Shown in pieces: positions 39,794 to 52,227 of a stretch of DNA of 64,000 nt. Below the pieces are notes generated by a model that saw only the letters and a program-made list of their open reading frames with translations, did no database searches and was not told the DNA's origin. Source of the DNA: Eledone cirrhosa (taxonomy: Eukaryota); NCBI GenBank assembly GCA_964016885.1, contig OZ024740.1, positions 302,312,001 to 302,376,000 on the forward strand, read 5' to 3'. Position 1 is the stretch's first letter. Each line of letters begins with the position of its first letter. The translations under genes and the position numbers were made by a program.

Positions 39794-41474
39794 TTAACTA
39801 TACTATTTATGGTTATGCAAATACAAAAACCTTTTGAGTTATATATATTTTTATAAACCCTAAATAGTGGTAGGCAGTAATATATTACTACCTTATTACC
39901 AGTAAATAGCTCAATGTAATAACATCAGATGATTTACAGAGCAGTTATATGAATTATAAGAATCAAAGAACTGTTCAAAACATTTTTATGCTTACAACTG
40001 TTTCCTCCAAACCGAGGTTTGATTTCTTCGGAGCAATTTATTATTGAATGAACACTTATATGACCTCCTTTTCACCCAAGAGACATACAGATACATATGC
40101 AAATATTGTGGGTCAACATTCATTACAGTATTTAGTGTGTCAGTACACATTTAGAGATTACATTCATATTAAAAGATACAATCAAAAATACAGGTTAAAA
40201 TACAACATGAAATTAAGCGGTTATAGAGTGCAATAGTTATACGTGTGGCAAGCACATGCATCTTGTTTATATATTGTGGCAGAGAGTTACGTGTAATAGA
40301 AGCACTTAAGCAGGTAATCAAGAGTGTTAAGGGGGTTGATCTGGTAATGAATTCTTTATATGATTGTTATAGCCTGTGCGTGGAGAAATAATATAAGCAT
40401 TAAAAATAATGTAAGCATTAAAATTATAAGCATTAACAATATTGGAAATGCGTAGCGAAGCGATGATATGGATTTCATGCACTGCGACATTTTCATAGTC
40501 CAGGGAGCGTATTTTTCAGATTATATGCCCCTCACATAATCCACGACGATTCGATATTGGGCGTTTGACAATCCTGTTAGAGAATCGAAGTCTGATGTTC
40601 TTTAGCTCAATACAGCAGGTTGTTACGTTGCGAGAATCGACATCGAAATATTACCCGGAAGTGTGTGTGTGGCTAAGGGGAGTTAATGCATGAAGGGAGG
40701 TAACTCAGTGGTTTCTATTACTAACTATGAAATTGTGTCTCAACATAGTCCCTAACTGATATGGTTATGCGCAGTTTCTACAAATTTAAAGTGTCTTAAC
40801 TATAATGTAGTCTATTAAGCTGTGCTGAAGGTGTTCCTATTATGGTGATTATCCTCCATCGTAGAGTGCCATAAATAAATATTATACACGACGAGCGAGA
40901 TTTCTAAATTAATGATCACTGTGATTGTAGTCTACTCATAGAACCAGGCAAGGTGATTCCAGAATCACTCCAACACACAATGATCCCTGGTAAGTTCCGG
41001 GTCAGTGCATACTCTATTGGATGTCGAAAGATAATCATCGCTAGGGCAGACCAGAGGTCAATCCACACTCCTCATGTCACTAATCTGACCATCAAATCAT
41101 ACATATATGTACAACCCATACGCCACTTGCAATACATTCACTGCACTCAGCATACCGGTCGTACAGCTCATCAACGTTACTAGATTAATTAGTCTTCCAT
41201 TTATCCAACGATGGCACTTCCCCCGCATAGCACCAACAATACAATCAATTCAATGCTTAAATTTTATATTAACTATAAAGTGGTGTAGTGCAGTTCAAGC
41301 AACTGGATGTAGTCACACCTAAAGTAGAAGTACAAAGGGGTATTCCCACTGTGAAGGGTTCTAGAGGGATGTCCCGATTAGTGTTATATTAGATCAATGA
41401 GTGTAGGGATGTGGTATAAGGTGTGCTCCTTGTGTTTGATGCTAGAGGTGGTGTCTGGTTCAAATCCGACATTG

Positions 41475-43890
41475 CTATATATTGGGCTTAAAGTTTTGGA
41501 AGGAATGTCTGAAGCGGTGCTGGCAAGTTGCAAAGACCTCAGATTTTTTGTTAAGTAGGTTACGGTTAGAGAAGATAATAATGTGGGTCTCTAGTATACA
41601 GAGGTTACAAAATTTATTAGGTGGTTTGTACGAAGTCGCGCTACCTATCACTTCCCATTTGAGTGTGTAAGGTTTATTTTTAGTTTTTAGATAGTGTATG
41701 TAGCTAGATAGTGAGGTGGAGCTGGCTAGACTATGCTTTTTGAACGAGTGGATGTGCGAATTATACCTGGTTTTGAAGCAGTTAGAAGTGGAGCCTACAT
41801 AGGTTTCTGAAGAGTTGCTAGTTGTGACGGTGCATGAGTATATGATATCCTTGGTTAGGCATTTTTTTATCTAAAGGGCAGGTTCTATTTGCTCTACAGT
41901 TACAATTATTCTGGGTGTTGGTCTGCTGGTTATAATGCTGTGCAGAAGTCCGGGTGGTAGCTATAGGATTTTGGACATTCGGATTGTCGACCCCGGTGTT
42001 ATTGCTTATACTAGTGTTATTTCTATTATTACTGCCTTTATTGGGGTTGCTTGCTACAGAGGTATTTTGCGATTTCGTTTGTTGGAAGTAAGAATTAATT
42101 TTACTTTTATTGCTGCTAGCTATGTGGTATGCTATGTTAGGCGTCGTAGAGTATGAGAATTTAATAGTGTTTTTGTTTAAAAGGTTATGGTACTTGTGTC
42201 CTAGAGGGAAGTTTTTATCTAGTAGTGAGAAGAAAGCCCTAGGTATGTTGGTGGAGACATTTAGGTTGAAAGGAGGGTTGAAAAATGTATTATTTCTTCT
42301 TCTATTTTTGTTTTTAGTGTCTGGTGTGTTGTTTCCTCCTAAGGAACTACGGTAGTTTCTGGTAATGGTTACTTTTGATGGCACCCTCTGCTTTAGTGTG
42401 CGTGTGGTTGCTATTCATATTACTAGGTTTCCCCATGGACATATTGTGCGAGATGATGTTGTGACTATGTGTTTTCTTAGGTAGGAACTCAATCTCTATA
42501 TTATGGCCGGATCTAGCTAATGCTTGATTATAATATTGCGAGTTTTTGCTAAATATGTTTGCGTCATAGGATAGATTAGAGATTCTATTGGATACCCCCT
42601 TAGAGATAGAGTTTAATATTGATCTAGGGTGATTAAACTTAGTATCCACGTAAATGAGTTTTTCGTTAGGCATATGGAAAGGTGTATATATTTTTGAGTC
42701 TAGGTATAGTGTGGCGTCTAGGAAGTTAACGTTTTTAGTGTTTTTGTCCATGGTGATACTAAGGTTAAAGTTTTTGAATGTCTTGTGCAATAGTTTTCTA
42801 GTTCTTTCTATATTGAATTTTTTATATTCTATAAATAGAAGTGCATCATCGCGGTACAAACCACCGTTGAGGTATGGGAGGTCCTTATGGATTTCATTAA
42901 GTAAGTATAGGCCGAACAAATCAGTGACCTGCGCCGAGTCGCTAGATCCCATGGTTATGTCGAAGTTGTTGTGCGTATCCTTGCGGGTCCATAGTTGGTC
43001 CTCGAAGGTGATTAAGATTTTACGGGCCGCAAGGATCACATCAATCTGGGTTCTAGTCAGGTCGCTATTGTTCATGGCCATGATTAGTGCCTTATTTAAT
43101 AGGATAGGGGAAATAGAGGTGTAGTATGAATTGATATCAAATTGAATAAATTGTTTGTCCTTGTTATTCTTGATATCTTTGAACCATTCAATAACTTCAC
43201 CCGTATTTCCCCATAGTTTAAGGTGTATTTTGTGTTTAATTTGTGGGATGATTTTATCTAAAATGTTCTTGCTGATAATGCCAATGTCGGACTTGGAAGG
43301 GCAGATAAGTCTAATCGAGGGGTTGCTAATGAAGTCCTCCTTATGATCCTTCAGAGAGAATCTAGGGGGGTTTGGGGTGTATGGTTGTGTATGCCTCTAA
43401 AGTCCTAGTTTAGACACTATATTATATCCCTCTATATTAATATCCTCTAAGTTTTTCATAGTAGTTTTCTCGTAGCTTTTATGTAGTTCATTATATATAA
43501 ACTTTCTATAAGTATTATAATCCAGGCTGTATATGTTATTAGTTTTGTCCGCGTGTACAATAATTTCATTACTAGTTTTGAATTCATTAATAGAGGTGTC
43601 AAGTTTGTTTAAGAAGGTGTTGCTTCTATTACGGTGCTTATTGTATTTAATGTTCTTAACTAGTTTTACTAGGTCATTTTCAAAGGAGTTAAGTAGTGTG
43701 TTATGTGGGCGGGGTGGCTTTTAAAGGTTTTAAAGCCGAAGGAGTCAAATTTGTTAGTATTATTAACATTGTTAGATCTGTTTCTATCATAATGGAATGT
43801 CCTCCATCTAACTCTATTGATAAAGGAATTTACACTGTTGATCAGCAATTTCTCATATGTATTCTTGGATGGTATTGGTATGTTCTTGTA
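41475..43890 (-). pseudogene. PLE reverse transcriptase and C-terminal GIY-YIG endonuclease (disrupted)
   Basis: ADKTNNIY, LKDHKEDF..NPSIRLICPSKSDIG, FIQFDINSYYTSI, FDITMGS.DSA, GLYRDD, VNFLD, FNPPFN, IKFSYS..PN, CNCR..CPL..CL..IIY, YVGSTSN.FKTRY..H, LKWEVI, CNLC.LE, LLNKKSE...CQH. Confidence 0.9.
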
Positions 43891-44738
43891 TAATATTCAT
43901 TTGTGACACTCTACGACGGAGGATAATCACCATAATAGGAACAGCTTCAGCACAGCTTAATAGACTACATTATAGTTAAGACACTTTAAATTTGTAGAAA
44001 CTGCGCATAAACATATAAGTTAGGGATTATTTTGAGACACAATTTAATAGTTAGTAAGAGAAACCACTGAGTTACCTCCCCTCATGCATTAACTCCCCTT
44101 AGCCACACACACACTTCCGGGTAATATTTCGATGTCGATTCTCACAACGTAACAACCTGCTGTATTGAGCTAAAGAACATCAGACTTCGATTCTCTAACA
44201 GGATTGTCAAACGCCCAATATCGAATCGTCGTGGATTATGTGAGGGGCATATAATCTGAAAAATACGCTCCCCGGACTATGAAAATGTCGCAGTGCATGA
44301 AATCCATATCATCGCTTCGCTACGCATTTCCAATATTTTTAATGCTTATATTTTTAATGCTTACATTATTTTTAATGCTTATATTATTTCTCCACACACA
44401 GGCTATAACAATCATATAAAGAATTCATTACCAGATCACCCCCTTAACACTCTTGATTACCTGCTTAAGTGCTTCTATTACACGTAACTCTCTGCCACAA
44501 TATATAAACAAGATGCATGTGCTTGCCACACGTATAACTATTGCACTCTATAACCGCTTAATTTCATGTTGTATTTTAACCTGTATTTTTGATTGTATCT
44601 TTTAATATGAATGTAATCTCTAAATGTGTACTGCCACACTAAATGCTGTAATGAATGTTGACACACAATATTTGCATATGTATCTGTATGTCTCTTAGGT
44701 GAAAAGGAGGTCATATAAGTGATCATTCAATAATAAAT

Positions 44739-44784
44739 TGCTCCGAAGAAATCAAACCTCGGTTTGGAGGAAACAGTTGTAAGC
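44739..44784 (+). ncRNA. Variant hammerhead-like motif (CCGAAGA core) in the Hydra-like PLE terminal repeat
   Basis: GCT-CCGAAGA-..TCAAACC TC GGTTTGG..-GAAAC-AGTT-GTA-AGC; mirrored at ~39989-40034 (-) and conserved at ~24195-24239. Confidence 0.5.
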
Positions 44785-44840
44785 ATAAAAATGTTTTGAA
44801 CTGTTCTTTGATTCTTATAATTCATATATATATATATATA

Positions 44841-45180
44841 GTTAAAAGAATAGAGGTGTAACACACAAGTAATTATATATTGGTAAACAGAATAGAAAAT
44901 GCTGACAAATTGTTCACAGTGAAAAATAGTTTAATTAGGAATAAATGAGAATTAGTAATTGTATTGGTTAGTATTCCGTGATGTTTGCTCTGATCAGAGC
45001 AAACATCACGGACGCTCTATCTCAAAATTATTTTTGAAAAGCATTTAGAAATGCGCAACCGGTAAAACTTAAAACTAAAACTGAATACTAACCAATACAA
45101 TTACTAATTATCATTTATTCCTAATTAAACTATTTTTCACTGTGAACAATTTGTCAGCATTTTCTATTCCGTTTACCAAT
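44841..45180 (-). mobile_element. Foldback family B copy (tail on the left)
   Basis: Tail 44841-44877, arms turning at a perfect 36-bp palindrome 44976-45011; (TA)n on both sides. Confidence 0.9.
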
Positions 45181-45965
<785 letters not shown>

Positions 45966-45987
45966 TATATATATATATATATATAGA

Positions 45988-48900
45988 TATACTTTGGGGG
46001 GGGGTTCATTTTGGCAATAAGAAACACACGCACCAGTTGCTTTCACTTCAATTTATTATAATAAATTTATAAATTTCCGGTTGGTTGGTTGGTTTCACAA
46101 CCAGATGGTTGTTTATATATTGTCAAAGTTCTTTCGTCACACATTCTTTAGTGACTGGAGATTCTTTTCTTTGTTTTTTGTGACTCTCCTTTGTTCTGTC
46201 CTACGCCATCTTGTTTTTGTGTGTTGTGGGCTTAGTTTGCGCATGTTTTACATCCGGGTGTCTGTGTGAGTTTATATTCGTTTATTTATTTGTTTATTTA
46301 CATGTTACTGGTTGGTTGTTTGTTCTATGTGCGAGTGTGTTTTCATTTTGTCCTTAATTGTAAGTTGTGATGTTGCTGTTCCACTCATGTTTTCTATTTA
46401 CAGAGACAACAACAACAACACGCATCAACAACAGCACACATCAACAACAACAACAACAACAACACACACACATTCAATGCCTCTCACCGCCACAACAATC
46501 TTAACAAACCCACAGACACAGAAAACCGGTAATGACAGTAGCACAGAAATAAGGGAAAGTAATAGGATTGAAAGGAGAAGGGAGACTATGGACAGAGAAA
46601 ATAACCAAGAAGAACACACAGACACACAAAATAGAGTAGATAATAATAATGAGCCAGAGAAAAGAGACAGGAGTAATAATGAGAGACATAGAAACAACCA
46701 TGAGGCTGTTGGTGGAAATAGAAATAGAAACAACACAACCAACAACACCAATAGCACTAGTACACATAAAGCAGCAGCCTTGAACTCTACTTTTTATAAT
46801 CCCTCCGATAAGTCGTTTGACCTGCGACGAGTCCACGCCACGACGTTAGCTTTTAACAAACGCACGCAATTGCCGTCGCAGGTCGATAAACAAACAGAAG
46901 CACAATTTAGTATAGCTAGATCTAAACTTAGAAATATTATAGAACAGTATAGCAAGAAGCATAATAGAATGGAGGCCCAGCAACTGGGAGAAAAATCTGC
47001 AAATGGCTTGCGTAAGCTCATGCAGCGCTCGCGTAATGGAGAGATAGCATGCTTTGCAACAGACAAGTCTGGCAGAATGTCGGTTGACAGTCTGCCAAAC
47101 TACATCCAGGCAATGCAACCCCACATCACTAACACAAGAGAAGTAACACCACAGGGGCATGAGGATAGAGAAAAAGCCCTCAATGCCGATATGATGATGT
47201 GGACAAATATAATGCAGCCCAACAAAAGGACTGCCAACAAATTCCAGGTCTGGAACAATAACGTGCCAGCGTTGTATGGGCTTCGAAAAGACAATAAAAC
47301 GAGCAGGGACCCTGTCACAGGACCACCAACACGGCCAGTAACTACAGACTGTCCTATTTCCTCTCCTTGATCATACGCCCCATCATTGAAATGTCCCCAG
47401 ATGTATGTGACAGCACGGAGGACCTCCTCAGCAGAATCGGCGAGGGTACCCGATCTAGGGACCTAACAAACTGCATAATAGGTAGTATGGATGTTGTGTC
47501 CATCTATTAACGTGGATTTTGCTGTGGAGAAATGCGTAGAAATGATCAGTGAGAGCAATGTTGAAGTCCGTGGGATTGATACTAGTGAGCTGGGACAGTA
47601 GACTTAAACTTAAACTTAAAGAACAATTAGAAAACCCCTTAACCCTGATAATGTACTCAAGCTACGGTGATGATATAATCATCGTAGTTAAAACACCCCC
47701 ACTAGAGAACAGTCAGGAATTAGAGAAAAACACAATGGAAAGCATCCAGCAAATAGCTAACTCCATCCACCAGAGTATTAGAGTTACTATAGACTACCCA
47801 AGCAAACACCCCAACCATCAATTACCTGTACTAGACACAGAGCTCTGGTTAGATACCATTAATAACAAAAAACAAATCCTCCATTTCCATTATGCCAAAC
47901 CCATGACTTCCAAATATCTGATCCACCGAAACTCAGCTGTTTCGGACCATACCAAAATCAACATACTGATTGCGGATTTGGTACGGGTGATGAGAAACGT
48001 GTACCGCATGTGCAACCTCGAATAATTAGAGAGACACATACAACACTTCATCCACAATATGCAGTTCTCTGGTTAGAATAAGAGAGATAAAATCAGAGTG
48101 TATAGAGGAGCCAGAACCAAATGGGAAAAAATGGTAAATAATGACACAAATGGGACCTGCCCCTTGTATAGGAGCAAATTTGGAATAGAATAGAAAGAAC
48201 TAGGAATAAGGCTAATAGAATAAACTCATGGTATGATAGCAATAAATACCAGAGTGTAATGTTCATCGATACAACCCCTAGAGGTGAATTAGCTTACAAA
48301 TTTAGAAGGGCCCTAGATAAACATAAACTCAATATTAAGATAGTAGAAAGACCAGGTACCTCCATAAAAACACTTATTAGCAAGACATACCCATTTCAAA
48401 GACCTCCCTGCATAGATAAGAAATGTATAGTCTGTAAATTAAGCCCCCATATTAACTGTAAAACTAGAAATGTAGTATATAGCATAAGATGTACTGAAGG
48501 ACAATGTAGAGATAAAAATATAGTGTACATAGGTGAGATAGCTCGTAGTATAGGGGAACGGATAAATGAACACTGGCGAGACCTTCAAGATAGTAAAGAA
48601 TCATCTGTACTCTACCAACATGCTAAAATAGACATAAGGGTAAATTAGAGAACATAGAAATAAAAATAGAATCTACACACAGAAAAGACGCAATGTTTAG
48701 ACAAATCACAGAGGCAATAAACATAAATGAATTACAACCAAAATTAAATAGAAAACATGAGTGGAACAGCAACATCACAACTTACAATTAAGGACAAAAT
48801 GAAAACAGACACGCACATAGAACAAACAACCAACCAGTAACATGTAAATAAACAAATAAATAAACGAATATAAACACACACAGACACCCGGATGTAACAC

Positions 48901-49247
48901 ATGCACAAACTAAGCCCACAACACACACACACAAATAAGATGGCGTAGGACAGAACAAAGGAGAGGCACAAAAATCAAAAACAAAGAAAAGAATCCCCAG
49001 TCACTGAAAAGGTCACAGAATGTGTGACGAAAGAACTTTGACAATATATAAACAACCATCTGGTTGTGAAACCAACCAACCAACCGGAAATTTATAAATT
49101 CCTAAATTTATAAATTTATTATAATAAATTGAATTGAAAGCAACTGGTGCGTGTGTTTCGTATTGGCAACATGACCCTCGCAAAGTATAACAATATCGGT
49201 TTCAACACACGTTTTCAGATAAAGAATCTTGCTAAACAAATTCAGAA

Positions 49248-49251
<4 letters not shown>
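45988..49251 (+). mobile_element. Second Penelope-like element (C-terminal GIY-YIG type) with a ~410-bp inverted 5' copy of its 3' end
   Basis: 45988-46400 is the reverse complement of ~48745-49189; tail 49190-49251; (TA)n at both ends. Confidence 0.9.
46401..48791 (+). pseudogene. PLE RT + GIY-YIG endonuclease, disrupted and apparently internally deleted
   Basis: TDKSGRM, PALYGLRKD.K, PPTRPV, GSMDV, YGDDI, TIDYPS..LPVLD, YAKP, IVERPG, C..C..CKTRNVVY.I.C, YIGE.ARS..ERINEH, RQITEAI, LNRKHEW. Confidence 0.85.
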
Positions 49252-49292
<41 letters not shown>

Positions 49293-49298
<6 letters not shown>

Positions 49299-49791
49299 TA
49301 AACGGAATAGAAAATGCTGACAAATTGTTCACAGTTGAAAAATGGTTTAATTAGGAATAAAAGAGTATTAGTGATTGTATGGGTTAGTATTCAGTTGTGG
49401 TTTTAAGTTTTTAAGTTTTTAAGTTTTTACCGGTTGCGCATTTCTAAATGCTTTTCAAAAATAATTTTGAGATAGAGTGTCCGTGCTGTTTGCTCTGATC
49501 TGATTAGTTTTGGGAATTCTACCTGTTTTTATGTTAAAAAAGTGGCTCCAGAGTTATTTTTGTGTTGCAAAAATTCTTGTGGTCAAAACAATTTTGATTG
49601 GTCGGTAGAGGTCATGTGAATGTAAAAAGTTGATTTTGCGCCAAGACTGTTTTTATGTTAAAAAAGTGGCTCCAGCAAAAATTCTTGGTCAAAACAATTT
49701 TGATTGGTCGGTAGAGGTCATGTGAATAAAAAATTGGTTTTGCGCCAAGATTGAGAAATTACTCTTTCACAACAAATATGTGTGTGTGTGT

Positions 49792-49836
<45 letters not shown>

Positions 49837-49945
49837 TGTGGGTGTGTGTGTGTATGTGTGTGTGTGTGTGTAGTAGTAGTAGTAGTCAGGTGTTCGATGC
49901 TGCGACAATGGCCAGCAGCGATGTGTGTCAAATGGCTATTAAGAT

Positions 49946-49992
<47 letters not shown>

Positions 49993-50275
49993 GCAGAGTG
50001 GTTCGTGGTGGCAGGGATGGTCAGTAAGAATGTGTCTGAAAGCAATGGGGGGTATTTTAGCATGCCAAAAGATAAGTGTGTGTGTGTGGGGGGGGGGGGG
50101 ATGGTCAGTAAGAATGTGTCTGAATGACACATTCTTACTGACCATCCCTGCCACCACAAATTACTCTGCTATACACACACACACACACACACTTATCTTT
50201 TGACATGCTTAAATACCCCCCATTGCTTTCAGACACATTCTTACTGACCATCCCTGCCACCACGAATCACTCTGC

Positions 50276-50320
<45 letters not shown>

Positions 50321-50389
50321 ATCTTAATAGCCATTTGACACACATCGCTGCTGGCCATTGTCGCAGCATCGAACACCTTACTACTACTA

Positions 50390-50425
<36 letters not shown>

Positions 50426-50426
50426 A

Positions 50427-50458
<32 letters not shown>

Positions 50459-50985
50459 TACACACACACACACATATTTGTTGTGAAAGAGTCATTTCTC
50501 AATCTTGGCGCAAAACCAATTTTTTATTCACATGACCTCTACCGACCAATCAAAATTGTTTTGACCAAGAATTTTTGCTGGAGCCACTTTTTTAACATAA
50601 AAACAGTCTTGGCGCAAAATCAACTTTTTATATTCACATTACCTCTACCGACCAATCAAAATTGTTTTGACCACAAGAATTTTTGCAACACAAAAATAAC
50701 GCTGGAGCCTCTTTTTTAACATAAAAACAGGTAGAATTCCCAAAACTAATCAGATCAGAGCAAACAGCACGGACACTCTATCTCAAAATTATTTTTGAAA
50801 AGCATTTAGAAATGCGCAACCGGTAAAAACTTAAAAACTTAAAACCACAACTGAATACTAACCCATACAATCACTAATACTCTTTTATTTCTAATTAAAC
50901 CATTTTTCAACTGTGAACAATTTGTCAGCATTTTCTATTCCGTTTACCAATATATAATAACTTGTGTGTTACACCTCTATTCTTT

Positions 50986-50989
<4 letters not shown>
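49293..50989 (+). mobile_element. Foldback family B, long copy: ~1.66-kb palindrome plus 37-nt tail
   Basis: 49293-50120 is the reverse complement of 50126-50952 (centre TGAAT), apart from microsatellite length differences and an indel near the centre; internal ~107-bp tandem duplications; tail ends CTTTTAAC|TATA. Confidence 0.92.
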
Positions 50990-51025
<36 letters not shown>

Positions 51026-51029
<4 letters not shown>

Positions 51030-51489
51030 AGTGGGAAATGAGATTTCGTTTCATTTTTTCCGTTTATCGTTTTCGGTGCACCCGGCCGATTAACTCACTC
51101 GATATGCAAATTGGGCTACTCACCCGTTAATATGCATAAGGTAAGTATATACGTTCAACAATCTGGCAGGAAGGTATACGTTGCTGACGATAGCTTATAA
51201 GCTTGAAACTAGTACAGCGTTCCTTTGTCAATGTTGAACAAACGAGCAACGATGGTTGCTAGACACTACGGCTTAATACGGGATGTTTGTTTACAAACAC
51301 ACCGAGCATTATAATAAATGTTCGGTGAATCCATACGTACATATATATATATGTGTGCATGTATGTATATATATATACATACTACTGTACGTCTGTATAC
51401 ATATATGTATGTACGTGTACATACTTATATTTAAGTAACAGCCGTACTAAGAGTGGGAAATGAAATTTCGTTTCATTTTTTCCGTTTAT
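51026..51489 (+). mobile_element. Retrozyme-like non-coding unit (422-bp period) with 42-bp direct terminal repeats, in (TA)n
   Basis: 51026-51067 equals 51448-51489 with 1 mismatch; internal hammerhead; AATAAA at 51313-51318 inside a hairpin. Confidence 0.8.
51179..51219 (+). ncRNA. Minimal type-I hammerhead ribozyme
   Basis: CGTTG-CTGACGA-T-AGCT TATA AGCT-T-GAAA-CTAG-TA-CAGCG: intact core, helix I CGTTG/CAGCG, palindromic helix III ACTAGT; predicted cleavage after 51214. Confidence 0.8.
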
Positions 51490-51506
51490 ATATATATATA
51501 TATATA

Positions 51507-52191
51507 GTGAAAAATGGAACGGGAACAAAACAGAGAGGCAGTACAAACGAAGGTTTATTAGTTTCATGCTCTCGAGTGTGGGGGGGGGGGGGCGTTTCGG
51601 GCATAAGCCGTTCTTCAGGAGAAAAGTGGGTGAGAAGAGAGTTGCGAGAGTGTATGGGGGAGTAGGGGAGACACATTTAGAAAAAAGGGGGAAGAGGAAA
51701 GGGAGGAAAAACGGTGCAAGGTGTACAACTAAAAATAAAAATAAACATGAAGATAAACAAGTGGTGGAAGAGTGTGCCGTGTGTAGGGGTGGTGGAGGGT
51801 GGTGTGGGGAGAGGGAGGCGTGGTGTCCGAGCGGGAAGGGCTGAAGGTGATGTTTGTGTATGTGTGTAGGTGTACGTGTGTGTGTGTGGTGGGGTATAGG
51901 TCGGTGTATGTGTGCGTGTGGATGGGGAGGGGTCAGAGGGTCGGGGAGGGGCCAGAGGGGTCGGGGGGGGGGGAGGATTCCAGAGGCTGAGTGTGTATAT
52001 ATGTGGGTGTACGCACGTGTGTGTTGGTGTTTATACATTTTGTGGATGTAGGTGGCGTGGTTCGAAAAAAATTGTGAGTGTATGTCCGTGGGTAAGTTCC
52101 TAAGGTAGTTCCGTAGAGAGTGTGACGAGAGCTGGATATTTTCCACGTTATGGAGTGGATAGTGGGAACGAAAGTCGATGGTGTGTAATCC

Positions 52192-52192
<1 letters not shown>
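51507..52192 (-). mobile_element. 3' fragment of a further PLE-like family with a hammerhead remnant
   Basis: Minus strand CTGAAGA-AC-GGC TTAT GCC-C-GAAACG (51593-51618), then AATAAA (51553-51558) and terminus at (TA)n; (TA)n also at the other end. Confidence 0.65.

Positions 52193-52227
<35 letters not shown>

Larger units (their letters stand above)
39791..44826 (-). mobile_element. Penelope-like element, Hydra-clade-like, 5'-truncated, with a ~940-bp inverted copy of its 3' region
   Basis: Arms ~39946-40884 and ~43891-44826 are reverse complements; unpaired 3' tail 39791-39945; (TA)n at both ends; RT-EN ORF between the arms. Confidence 0.92.

Noticed and set aside
49316-49350. CTGACAA-stem-GAAA in family B
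   Set aside because: The core lacks G8, there is no helix I, and it lies antisense to the tail-defined orientation.
49500-50750. CRISPR-like repeat array
   Set aside because: The repeats are ~107-bp tandem duplications without unique spacers, in a eukaryotic context with no cas genes.
51382-52146. 254-aa His/Pro-rich ORF
   Set aside because: Low-complexity, spans a (TA)n tract and two different elements; no recognisable domain.
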